A DNA stretch of 64,000 nt from positions 186,001 through 250,000 of the forward strand of contig NZ_JMCB01000009.1 in the NCBI RefSeq assembly GCF_000737315.1. Reading direction: 5' to 3'. The translations under genes and the position numbers were made by a program. A model generated the notes under the pieces. That model was given only the letters and a program-made list of their open reading frames with translations. It was not told the origin of the DNA and searched no databases. Below, piece after piece: positions 15,365 to 24,287 of this stretch. Within the stretch, counting starts at the first letter, position 1. Each line of letters starts with the position of its first letter. This DNA is from Hyalangium minutum. Its GTDB lineage: Bacteria; Myxococcota; Myxococcia; Myxococcales; Myxococcaceae.

Positions 15365-18241
15365 TCACCGGGTCGGGGGAGGCTCGCCCTCCTCATCGAG
15401 GAGTGCCAGGAAGGTGTCTCGCGTCCCCCCGGGTGCCTGGCGGATGAGGGCGTTGAACTGCTGGGCCCGCGCGCGGACCCGCGCTCCGTGGGCCTGCATG
15501 GCACCGAGAGCCTCGGGGACCATGGTGGGCCGGGCGAGCACCTCCAGGTTCTGCGCCAGCTCGCGGTGGCTGCGGGGTGCGGAGAGGCAGGCGCTCACGC
15601 CGGGCTGCGAGAGGCTGTAGCGGTAGCAGTCCACCGCCGTGGGGAGCACGGCGTCCGCGGGCACCCCGGGCGCGGGCTGGAGCAACCGGCCATAGCAGGT
15701 GGCCGTGAAGGTGAGGACTCCAGTTCCCCGCGCGAGCGCCTCGGGGAAGAAGGAGGACTCCGCGCCTCGGTATGCGGCGCTGTGGCGCGTCATCACCACG
15801 GGCCAGGGGCGGCTCCGGATCGCTTCCGTGGCCACGTCTCGCAGGTGGGTGGAGAAGCCGAAGGCGCGGAGCTTGCCCTCGGCGCGGAGCTTCTCCAGGG
15901 CCTCGAAGTCCTCGTCATTGAGGCGCTCAGGCGAGCGCACCCAGAAGAGGAGAAAGACGTCCAGCCAGCTCGTGCGCAGCTGGCGCAGCGCGGACTCCAC
16001 GTCCCGGCGGAGCGCCGCAGGGCCCGAGTGGTACGAGCCCGCGACCAGCACGAGTCCCTCCCGCTGGCTCCGGAGAGAGCGCAGGAAACGGGTGAGCTGG
16101 AGGTACTCTGTCTCCCAGAAGAAGGTGTTCACACCGGCCTCATGGGCCTCGGCCAGCGAGGCGGCGGACAGGCCGTTGGCGCCCGAGAGCACCAGCGGGG
16201 AGACGCGCAGCCCCGTGTTCCCGAGGAGGCGCAAGGAGGGCCGAGAGGGGCTCTCGGGAGGCGTGCGCTTCGTGGGGGTCTTGTCCCGGCGAGGCCGTGT
16301 GGGCCGGCGCTGCTCCAGGTCAGGGGCTGAGGAGAAGACCTCGTCCGGGAAGATGAGGGTCATCGCCTCGAGGTGGGCGACCACCCGCTGTGGCTCCGAG
16401 GTGTCTCGTAGCGCGGCGGCCAGGTGCTGGAAGGCGGTGGAGTCCGCACGGCGCAACAGCCAAGTGTAGGCGGAGGCGCGAAGATCGGGCTCCCGCGTAC
16501 GCATGGGGCCTCGCAGCAGGCCGGCCAAGAGCGCGTCGAGTGTCTCGCACGCCTCGAGCACGGCTGCGGCAGCGGCTCGAACCATCGGAGAGGAATCGAG
16601 CGACAGGCGAAGGAGCGCCTCCAGTTCTTCCCGTGCGCCCTCTGCGTGAAGCAACTCTGCGCCACGGGCGCGCATCCACGGATCGGGGGAGCGCGCGCTG
16701 GCAAGGCCCACGCTGCGCAGTTCATTCGGTGAGAGGCTCACGCGGTGGGAGGCCAGGAGCGCGAGTGCCGATCGCCGTACCGAGAGGTCCGGATCGGACT
16801 CACATGCCTCTCGCGCCGAGGTCACGTCCAGCACAGCCGTGCGGATCCAGGGGTCCTCGTGCGAGAGGGCGTCGCGGCGTTCCTCCTCCGTGAGGGTTCC
16901 CTGCTCCGAACGCTCCCCGAGGGCCACTGCACGAACCGACACATCGGCATCGGTCGAGAGGCGCGCGAGCAAGGCCTCGTCGCCGACGCACCCGGCGGCC
17001 CCCGCAACGGCGCGGCGCTCGTGCGGAGTACAGGCCTGGGGAGCGAAGGCCACGAGGGCCCGCGCGAAGGCCAGAATGGCCGAGGGCGCAGGAGGCCGCT
17101 GCTCCCAGGCAGCGATGACCTCGTCACGCACGGACGCGTCCGGGTCACTGAGCGCAGCGAGCACCACTTCGCGGCTTGCGGGATCGTGTACGAGACCGGA
17201 GAGAGCTGCGCGCCGGACGGCGGGCTCCGCATGCCGGGCCAGGGCTTGGACCTGCTGGATGAGCTCGGGGTGATCCCTGCGCACCGCGATGCGGGCGGCC
17301 CAAGCGACCGCGCCCGGCCTTGGAGGTTCACCGAGGATACGCGAGGCCAGGGCGAGTTCATCCAGGTCGATCCGCTGAAGCAGAGAGCGAACCTCATCGG
17401 CGGAGTGAGGAACGCGCGGCTCATCCAGCCAGCGCATCACGAGCCTGACAGCCTCGGGATCCCGGAGTTCGATCAGACGCCGCCGCGCGAGGGAACGGAG
17501 CGGCTCGTGCGGATCTCCCAACCACTCCACCAGCTTGATGAGCGGCACCTCTGAGGCAGAGAGCCGCTCAAGCCGGGCTGTGACCACGGCGGGATCCTGG
17601 TCGTCCAGTCCCGCCTCGGCAGGTACCGGGAGAGGCCCCGCGAAGCTGCCCTCCTGAGGTGACGGAGCGGAAGAAGTCCAAGCGCCTTCGAGATACGCGG
17701 CGGCCGCCCGGACTGAACCGGGCCCTGCTGCATCACCTACGGCGCGCACACGTTGGCGGACCTCCGCGTGGGTCTCTCCCAGCCAGAGCAGCGCCTGCAC
17801 GGCCGCGCTTCGCACCCGCCAGAAGGGATCCTCTAAAGTTTGGATGAGCAATTCGAGCGCGCCGGTGCCTGCGACGGAGGCAGCAGCTCTGACGGCGGCC
17901 CGCCGCACCCACCAGACCGGCTCCTCACGGACGGCCTGTTCCGCCTGAGGAAGCAGTTCCCGCGTCCCCATTCGGGCCAGGGCGCGCCACACGCGATCGC
18001 GAACCATGGGAAGAGGGTCGCGCAGCGCCTCAATGAGCGCGCGGGCAAAGAGGCGATCCCGCGCCTCGCCGAGCCGCCGTGCGGCGGAGGCCCGGACCTC
18101 GGCGTCCTCATCCCCCAACAGGGCCTGCCTGAGCGCGTAGCGGCCCGTGAGCGTCGTGGCATCCACGGCGTCCACAGCCTCGCGGCGCACCTCAGCGGAC
18201 TCATCGAACAGCCGCACTGCGGCCGGGTTCAAAGGCGTCAT
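15365..18241 (-). CDS. HEAT/ARM-repeat protein fused to a C-terminal aldo-keto reductase-like domain
   Basis: Many L.DP...VR..AA.AL repeats over the first ~660 aa; AKR-like N-terminal motif LGNTGLRVSPLVL at ~16.24 kb, plus SALRQLRTSWLDVF and KLRAFGFSTH. Confidence 0.85.
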   Translation of the reverse strand: MTPLNPAAVRLFDESAEVRREAVDAVDATTLTGRYALRQALLGDEDAEVRASAARRLGEARDRLFARALIEALRDPLPMVRDRVWRALARMGTRELLPQAEQAVREEPVWWVRRAAVRAAASVAGTGALELLIQTLEDPFWRVRSAAVQALLWLGETHAEVRQRVRAVGDAAGPGSVRAAAAYLEGAWTSSAPSPQEGSFAGPLPVPAEAGLDDQDPAVVTARLERLSASEVPLIKLVEWLGDPHEPLRSLARRRLIELRDPEAVRLVMRWLDEPRVPHSADEVRSLLQRIDLDELALASRILGEPPRPGAVAWAARIAVRRDHPELIQQVQALARHAEPAVRRAALSGLVHDPASREVVLAALSDPDASVRDEVIAAWEQRPPAPSAILAFARALVAFAPQACTPHERRAVAGAAGCVGDEALLARLSTDADVSVRAVALGERSEQGTLTEEERRDALSHEDPWIRTAVLDVTSAREACESDPDLSVRRSALALLASHRVSLSPNELRSVGLASARSPDPWMRARGAELLHAEGAREELEALLRLSLDSSPMVRAAAAAVLEACETLDALLAGLLRGPMRTREPDLRASAYTWLLRRADSTAFQHLAAALRDTSEPQRVVAHLEAMTLIFPDEVFSSAPDLEQRRPTRPRRDKTPTKRTPPESPSRPSLRLLGNTGLRVSPLVLSGANGLSAASLAEAHEAGVNTFFWETEYLQLTRFLRSLRSQREGLVLVAGSYHSGPAALRRDVESALRQLRTSWLDVFLLFWVRSPERLNDEDFEALEKLRAEGKLRAFGFSTHLRDVATEAIRSRPWPVVMTRHSAAYRGAESSFFPEALARGTGVLTFTATCYGRLLQPAPGVPADAVLPTAVDCYRYSLSQPGVSACLSAPRSHRELAQNLEVLARPTMVPEALGAMQAHGARVRARAQQFNALIRQAPGGTRDTFLALLDEEGEPPPTR

Positions 18242-18260
18242 GCCCCTCAGACTCTACGCG

Positions 18261-18292
18261 CCTTGGTAGAATCGCGCCCATGCCTGACATGC
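18261..18292 (+). repeat. Direct repeat copy 1 (extended -10 TGgTAGAAT + ATGCCTGACATGC)
   Basis: CCTTGGTAGAATCGCGCCCATGCCTGACATGC; 31/32 identical to 20470-20501. Confidence 0.9.
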
Positions 18293-19641
18293 GGGCGTTG
18301 CAGGGGAAGATGCGCTGGGTGCTCTCGCACCGGTTGGGGCCTCTGGCGCTGGCCCTGCTGGTGGGATGCAGCAGTTCCACGCGGATCCTGCGCCTGGAGG
18401 CGGAGCAGCCCGAGCCCATCGTCCACATTGCTCCCGGAGACCGAGCGCCCGTGCGAGTGGACAGCGCGGCCTTCCTGGAAGCCTTCTCCACGCATGCCTT
18501 GCAGGTGCAGCCTGCCCCACAACCGCTCCAGCAAGCGCAGCGCTTGTGGCTGCTCCCCTCTCGAAGCGCTCCCTACGCCACTGCGCGCAGCCGCCTGGGC
18601 CTCGTCTCCGTGAATACTCAAGAGGACATGCCTCGGGGTCACCTGCTTCCAGAGACCTCTGCAGCGGAGGGCTCCATTTCGCGTGATTATGGCCTGTGGT
18701 GCGAGAGCCGCTCCCTGCCTCTGGACTGCCTTCAGCTACTGGACGGGGGAGCACTGCTGAGCCATGACGGCAAACGCGCCCTGGCCCTGCACTTCGCCCT
18801 GACCTCCCTCTGGCTGGAGACGAAAGACGCGCTGGAGCAGATGGTGGACCCGTTGGCGATTCAGACCACCCTCGTCTCCGCCATGACGATGTACCTCATG
18901 CTCTGGGTTCTTCCCGAGCCTCTCTCCAAGGGCATCGCTGCGGCCATGACCGTGGCCCTTATTGGCTACCTGGGCTTCGACACTGTCTGGAGCCTGTTCC
19001 AAGGGTGGGCCCTGCTGGTCGAGGACGTGGACAAGGCCACCTCCTTCGACCAGGTACGGGATGCCGGACGCCGGTTCAGCAGAGTGCTGGGGCCCAACGC
19101 CGCCCGTGTCTTCGCCATGCTCTTCACTGTCGCCGCAGGCAACACGGCGGCCGGCTTTGCCTCCAAGCTGCCCTCCCTACCCGGCGCGCCTCAGGCAACC
19201 CTGGCAGTTGCAATCCCTGGAGGTACCCCTCTCTCCCTCGCGGCCGCGGTGGACTCCGTCACCGTCTCCGCCTCAGGCGCCACCCTCGTCCTGGCACCTG
19301 GCGCCGTGGCCATGGCCAGCTCGGGCGACACGACCGTCTACATCTCGAGAAACGGAGGACAACTCCAATACGTAGGCATCACGAACGACCTTGCACGGCG
19401 CGCAGCGGAGCAACTCCGCGAGAAGGGAATCCACATTGAAGACCTGATGAATAATCTCTCAAGAGAGGATGCTCGTGCCGTCGAACAAGTCCTCATCGAG
19501 ATCCATGGTCTTCAGAAGAATGGCGGTACTCTTCTGAACCGCATCAACAGCATTGCTCGCTCAAACCCCAAGTACGCCCGCGCGCTGCGTCGAGGCAAAG
19601 AACTCCTCAAGACCCTCAAGAATGGGGACCAATTGGAATGA
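18280..19641 (+). CDS. SitA5-like polymorphic toxin lipoprotein with GIY-YIG/URI-type nuclease tip
   Basis: Lipobox LLVGC; conserved myxobacterial body (YGLWCE, DCLQLL, PEPLSKG, GFDTVW, APGAVAM); AT-richer tip VYIS...YVGITNDLARR...EQVLI. True start may be ATG 18310. Confidence 0.75.
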   Translation: MPDMRALQGKMRWVLSHRLGPLALALLVGCSSSTRILRLEAEQPEPIVHIAPGDRAPVRVDSAAFLEAFSTHALQVQPAPQPLQQAQRLWLLPSRSAPYATARSRLGLVSVNTQEDMPRGHLLPETSAAEGSISRDYGLWCESRSLPLDCLQLLDGGALLSHDGKRALALHFALTSLWLETKDALEQMVDPLAIQTTLVSAMTMYLMLWVLPEPLSKGIAAAMTVALIGYLGFDTVWSLFQGWALLVEDVDKATSFDQVRDAGRRFSRVLGPNAARVFAMLFTVAAGNTAAGFASKLPSLPGAPQATLAVAIPGGTPLSLAAAVDSVTVSASGATLVLAPGAVAMASSGDTTVYISRNGGQLQYVGITNDLARRAAEQLREKGIHIEDLMNNLSREDARAVEQVLIEIHGLQKNGGTLLNRINSIARSNPKYARALRRGKELLKTLKNGDQLE

Positions 19642-20456
19642 CCGGCTCGCGCAAAAAAGCGAAGTTCGGAGACATCGCCGAAGTTCGCACGCCTCGAGGG
19701 CTCGCCTATGTGCAGTACACCTCCAAGCATCCGAGATACAGCGATACCATCCGTGTGCTTCCTGGGCTTTTCAAGATACGCCCTTCTAACGACGAACTCG
19801 CTGCGCTCGCAACCCAAGAAGGGTACTTCGTCTTCTATCTTGTGAGCCTCGCCGTCAAACATGGGCTTGTGGAGATCATCGGTCATTACCCGATCCCCGT
19901 AGGGCTCGATGCTCCAGCCAAGCTGCTGAGAGTCGGCTTCATCGCGCCCGGGGGAAAAGTCATGACCTGGGTTCTTCTCGAAGGCGCTAAGGAGACTCTC
20001 ATCAAGAGAGAGCTCTCTCCCGAGGAGAAACGCCTCTCTCGCGCTTCTATGTGGAACCACGAGTATCTGGTGCAGCGCCTGGCAGAGCAGTGGCGGCCTG
20101 AACATGAGCATGAGCCACGCCCGCCCGCTCCCGTGACCAGCACGCCGCCGGAACCTTCGGGACAAGCGGAAGCGCCCCCCACCGCGTCCTCCGCCACCAC
20201 TCCGCTGCGCATGAGCCACTACCTCTACTTCCCTCTCACCAAGGACGGTAAAGCCGTCGCTGCAGAACTGCGTCGCCGTGGCTTCGAAATCGAGAGCCGC
20301 AAAGGCGCCGATGGTGTGAACTGGCTCGTCCTCGTCCACCACACCCTCTCCTCCTCCGAGGATGAGGCCGCGCTCACCGTCCGCGACGAACTGGAGCGCC
20401 TCGCCCAGCAACACTCCGGCGAGTATGACGGCTCGGAGACCGCGCTCCCGGAGTGA
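19638..20456 (+). CDS. Cognate immunity protein (Imm26-like N-terminus + RraB-like C-terminal domain)
   Basis: ATGA overlap with the toxin stop; N-terminal GDIAEV...YVQY pattern; Pro-rich linker; C-terminal HYLYFP...GEYDGSET. Confidence 0.6.
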   Translation: MTGSRKKAKFGDIAEVRTPRGLAYVQYTSKHPRYSDTIRVLPGLFKIRPSNDELAALATQEGYFVFYLVSLAVKHGLVEIIGHYPIPVGLDAPAKLLRVGFIAPGGKVMTWVLLEGAKETLIKRELSPEEKRLSRASMWNHEYLVQRLAEQWRPEHEHEPRPPAPVTSTPPEPSGQAEAPPTASSATTPLRMSHYLYFPLTKDGKAVAAELRRRGFEIESRKGADGVNWLVLVHHTLSSSEDEAALTVRDELERLAQQHSGEYDGSETALPE

Positions 20457-20469
20457 ATGTGGCAGCGCC

Positions 20470-20501
20470 CCTTGGTAGAATCCCGCCCATGCCTGACATG
20501 C
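20470..20501 (+). repeat. Direct repeat copy 2
   Basis: CCTTGGTAGAATCCCGCCCATGCCTGACATGC; one mismatch versus 18261-18292. Confidence 0.9.
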
Positions 20502-21142
20502 TGGCCATCATCAGCAAGGCGGTCTTCGAGAAGGAGGCTGCCGGCCTCAAGCCTGGGGACGTCCTTCCCCTCGACCGGTACCGCAGCGCGAGCCGCCACC
20601 TCGATCCCTTGAAGTCCGGCGGCCGCCTCTTCCTCGTCACCGTGCGCCCTCCGAAGGAGGCGCTCTGGTGGGTGGCCGTCCTCGAAGGCCTCAAGTTCCA
20701 GGACGAAGAGTGGCGCGCTACGCCCAACCGCATCCCCATCACCGACATCACCCGCCTCATCCCAAAGCTCCGCTTCGAGTCCGGCAAAGGCATCACCGCC
20801 GCCAAGGGCGCCCTGGGCATGTCTCTCCAGACGCCCCGCGTCCTCGCCGCTGAGGACCTCGCGCTGCTCCTGCCCTCCGGCAACAACGGCCCCGCCGAGG
20901 CCCCCGCCCCCGCAGGCCCCATCAACCTCACCGCCCACGAGCCGGACTCGCCCCTGCCTTGCCTGTGCAAGCGCTGCCTGCCCAAGGCCCCCGAGCGGGC
21001 CCAAGCCAAGGGTATGGCGTTCACCCGCGCCCACGTCGAAGCCGCGGACCGCGTCCTCCACTACTGGCTCCCCGATGAGCTGCTGCACGACGCCGCCCGC
21101 GTCTCCCAATCCGTGCTCGGAGCCCTGCACGCCCGGCTCTAA
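20489..21142 (+). CDS. Hypothetical protein with C-terminal CxCxxC motif
   Basis: Strong GC3 bias; starts MPDMLAIISK inside repeat copy 2; PCLCKRC motif. Confidence 0.7.
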   Translation: MPDMLAIISKAVFEKEAAGLKPGDVLPLDRYRSASRHLDPLKSGGRLFLVTVRPPKEALWWVAVLEGLKFQDEEWRATPNRIPITDITRLIPKLRFESGKGITAAKGALGMSLQTPRVLAAEDLALLLPSGNNGPAEAPAPAGPINLTAHEPDSPLPCLCKRCLPKAPERAQAKGMAFTRAHVEAADRVLHYWLPDELLHDAARVSQSVLGALHARL

Positions 21143-21157
21143 CGCCCTCCCGCACGC

Positions 21158-22225
21158 TCACACCCGGTACTCCACGAAGGCCTCCCGGCACGCGGGCCCC
21201 GCAGCCACCCACATCGTCCTCCGCGCGGGCGCCATCACCACCGCCGCCTTCGTCGCCATGGGCATCGCCCCAGGCGCCACGGGCTCGTCATGGCGGCACA
21301 GCCGCCCACCCGGATTGCCGTGGTCGGCCAGGAACCCCATCAGCCGCTCCGGCGTCAACCGCCCGTAGTCCGCGTCGATGAGCTCGCGCAGCTTCTGTGC
21401 GCGGCCATGAGTGCACGGCACGAAGTGGTGCGTCACATCCAACGCCTGAAGCCGCTCCGCCTGGTAGTGATTCGCGTGCACGAGCACTCCCCGCTCGGGC
21501 TCCAACACCGCCCGGTCGTCATACGTGCTCTCCAGTCCCAGCACCCGCCCCGCGGCATCCCCCAGCAGATACGCCCCGAAGCCCCGCGCCACTCCCGCCA
21601 ACACCTCCATGGCCGCGCGCAGGCCCGGCTGCCGCATCGCCCGAGGCAAGTAGACCCCCAGCGGCACGAGCGACTGGCACGGCTGCGGCGCGACGATCGT
21701 CAGGTTGGAGCAATTGGCGAACCCCTCACTGCTCAGGTGGTAGTACGGCGCGCACCCCAGGCACAGCGACAGCAGCGAGCGCCCATCCGGATAGCGCACC
21801 CGGATCAGATCCACCGTGGCCTCCGGGTTCCAGTCCACGTTCTGGCCCACCAGCGTCTGCCCATCCGCCGTGGCCGGGCCCGTCACCGCGAACGAGGTGC
21901 ACATACCGCCGATCTGCTGGTAGTTGATGGCCACCTCGAGCATGCACTGGAGCGCGAAGGCCTCCTCGTATGGGATGGCTGCCCCTTCCGCCTGGCCTCG
22001 GATGAGCTCCAGCGCCTCCGGATCGAAGGCCCGAACGTTGGCCTCCAGCTTCATCGCCGTCCCTACCACCGCCGCCCGCGAGGCCTGGAAGGGCCCCTCG
22101 GCCAGCCCCCGGAAGAGCGCCTCTACCGAGGCCCGGAAGCTCCCCCGGCACCCCTCTCCCCACTGTTGGCCGATCTGCCGGGCGGTTCCCTGGCACTCCA
22201 CGATCTGCAGCTTGCGCGTCGTCAT
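21158..22225 (-). CDS. Peptidase C45 family (Ntn-hydrolase, acyl-CoA:6-APA acyltransferase-like)
   Basis: Autoprocessing site GGM-CTSF, GQNVDW, HANHY. Confidence 0.85.
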   Translation of the reverse strand: MTTRKLQIVECQGTARQIGQQWGEGCRGSFRASVEALFRGLAEGPFQASRAAVVGTAMKLEANVRAFDPEALELIRGQAEGAAIPYEEAFALQCMLEVAINYQQIGGMCTSFAVTGPATADGQTLVGQNVDWNPEATVDLIRVRYPDGRSLLSLCLGCAPYYHLSSEGFANCSNLTIVAPQPCQSLVPLGVYLPRAMRQPGLRAAMEVLAGVARGFGAYLLGDAAGRVLGLESTYDDRAVLEPERGVLVHANHYQAERLQALDVTHHFVPCTHGRAQKLRELIDADYGRLTPERLMGFLADHGNPGGRLCRHDEPVAPGAMPMATKAAVVMAPARRTMWVAAGPACREAFVEYRV

Positions 22226-22285
22226 GCGCCGGAAGCTACGTCCCTGCCTCCCCTCTCCGCTTGAACGAATCCGACACGCGGAGCT

Positions 22286-23044
22286 TCAGCGCCCCGCGCG
22301 GAACTCGCTCGGCGCACGGCCCATGAGCGCCCGGAACTCCCGCGTCAGGTGGGCATGATCCGCATAGCCACTCTCGGCCGCCAACTCGGCCAGCGAGCCT
22401 GCCTGCCCCGAGCCCAGTCCCGCCAGGACCCTCTGCAGGCGCTGGATCCTCCGGAACGTCCTCGGAGACAGCCCCAGCCGTTCCTGAAAAGCACGCTCCA
22501 GGGTGCGCTCGCTGAGGTGGAGCGCCTCTGACAGCTCGGCCACTCCTGGCGTCTCACCGCGCGCAGCGAGATGGCGCCAAGCCCGATCAAACGTATCCAG
22601 GGGCGGCCACTTCGCTCGCGCCAGCGCCGCCCCCAGCCGCACCCAGCGCTGCTCCATCGAACCGGCGCGAGACAATTGCTCGCCCAAGGCCTCCACCGGC
22701 ACGCCTCCCACCTCCCACAGCTCCACGGCGCGATCCACCAATTCCGCCGGGTGCGCGTCCACCAGCCGCGGCATGGCCCCCGGGTGAAAGTGGACGACCG
22801 CATAGGTGCACCGCGCCTGCGTGGAGATCCTCGTCAGCCGCGTCACTGGCCCGTACACCCACGCCCGGAACCCCGTCTCCGACAGCTCGACGAGCAGATC
22901 TCCATTGGCGTCCGGGGCCACCTCATGCACCCGGGCCTGCGCGGACTCGGCAGGCTGCCAGAGCAGGAACTCGACGCGATCCTTCCAAGGCGCGGGAGGC
23001 CGCCCCCACTGGATACGGGCATCGGGTTTTGTCGTGGCCGGCAT
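22286..23044 (-). CDS. AraC-family transcriptional regulator
   Basis: C-terminal double HTH (SERTLERAF...LSP...GYADHAHLTREFR). Confidence 0.9.
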   Translation of the reverse strand: MPATTKPDARIQWGRPPAPWKDRVEFLLWQPAESAQARVHEVAPDANGDLLVELSETGFRAWVYGPVTRLTRISTQARCTYAVVHFHPGAMPRLVDAHPAELVDRAVELWEVGGVPVEALGEQLSRAGSMEQRWVRLGAALARAKWPPLDTFDRAWRHLAARGETPGVAELSEALHLSERTLERAFQERLGLSPRTFRRIQRLQRVLAGLGSGQAGSLAELAAESGYADHAHLTREFRALMGRAPSEFRAGR

Positions 23045-23125
23045 GGCGCTTCCTCCCTGGGCCCATTCTCCTCCATCTTGCGTCCCGCCGAGAGCCCCTC
23101 CCCGCCCGCCCCCGCCGCTTTTCAG

Positions 23126-24142
23126 CTACGAGGCCCGCCGAATCGACGGCCGGGCCGCGTTCGTCAGCTCCAACTGCTTGGCGCGGTAGAGCTTCTCCAG
23201 ATCGCTCCGCTCCTGGTCGGTGATGCGCCCGCCCGCGCGGGCCTCCTTGATGGACATCCCCACCTTGCGCAGCGACCGCGCATCCCGCGCCCCAGCAATC
23301 CCCCGGGCCAGGTTGCTCCCCTCGCCCCACGTGAGCGGCACCTGAGGGGTGACCGGCTCGCTCTTGCCCGGGCCGAAGTCGAACGACGGGCCGGGCTCGG
23401 CCACTGCCAGCGCCGGAGCAGCCTCGGAGGCCCCCTCCGCACGCGACGCCGAGCCGCTGCCGAGGTCCAGCGAGAAGTCTTCCACGTCCTGGGTGAACAT
23501 GTCCGAGCACCGCGCCAGAGCGATGGCCCCATCCACCTGGGCCCGCTTCTTCGCCATCTTCAGGATCGTGTTGTCCAGATCCGCGATGTCCTCGTTCACC
23601 ACCCGGCCCACCGTCTGGCTGGTGATGCGCTCGTCCGTCGCCACGTACTTCTCGCCGCAGCCGCCCTTCTTCTTGAAGCACACCCAGCCGCCGCCGTACT
23701 CGCTCTTGCCCTGGATGATCGCGTCCTTGCTGCAGGCCGGGCACTTGCGGTGCGCCAGACGCCAGCGGAACCGGCTCTCGCGGCTGTTGGCCGAGCCGTA
23801 GCCCTCCGCCAGCACCGCTCCCAAGTCCCGGCTGATGATGCGGCAGCGGAACGTGTACTTGAAGAAGCCCGTCTCGAAGTCCTCGTGGCAGAACTCCGGC
23901 ACCAGGGTGAACTCGGGCGTGCAGCTGAACAGATCGATCAGCTTCTCCGCGCCGGGCTTGAGCAGCGTGGGCTTCTCCGAGCCCAGGATGCGCCCGTAGT
24001 CCGTCCCCTCCACCATGCACTGCTTCACATACTGGGAGAGGAACTGGTGCTGCTCCCGCTCCTCCCTCAGCAACTCAGCCGAGAGCTGCGCGCGGCGAGG
24101 AGCCGGCATCCCTGTTTCGCTGCGAACCATCTCGCCTTGCAT
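23126..24142 (-). CDS. Phage-type DNA single-strand-annealing-like protein with Zn-finger insert (tentative)
   Basis: Motifs GTDYG, KPTLLKPGAEKL, EGYGSANS, NTILKMAKKRAQVD and FTQDVED resemble phage recombination proteins from memory; CPAC...C...C insert. Confidence 0.45.
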   Translation of the reverse strand: MQGEMVRSETGMPAPRRAQLSAELLREEREQHQFLSQYVKQCMVEGTDYGRILGSEKPTLLKPGAEKLIDLFSCTPEFTLVPEFCHEDFETGFFKYTFRCRIISRDLGAVLAEGYGSANSRESRFRWRLAHRKCPACSKDAIIQGKSEYGGGWVCFKKKGGCGEKYVATDERITSQTVGRVVNEDIADLDNTILKMAKKRAQVDGAIALARCSDMFTQDVEDFSLDLGSGSASRAEGASEAAPALAVAEPGPSFDFGPGKSEPVTPQVPLTWGEGSNLARGIAGARDARSLRKVGMSIKEARAGGRITDQERSDLEKLYRAKQLELTNAARPSIRRAS

Positions 24143-24287
24143 GGTGTCCTCCGTCCCAATGCACTTAGGTTTAATGCAGGGGTCTGACGTTCACGCTCTC
24201 GGTAGGATCGCCATGGCCCTCAGGCGTGGCGCCTCACGCCTCTCTGAGGCTCCAAGTCCTCGGAAAAACAGAGTAGGAGGCCTCTCC

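Noticed and set aside
15124-15504. 127-aa N-terminal extension of the RT in the ORF track
   Set aside because: It overlaps the HEAT-AKR gene and runs through the structured ncRNA; a GGAG RBS supports the start at 15123.
23126-24142. Prophage
   Set aside because: No integrase, terminase, structural or lysis genes nearby; a single phage-like gene only.
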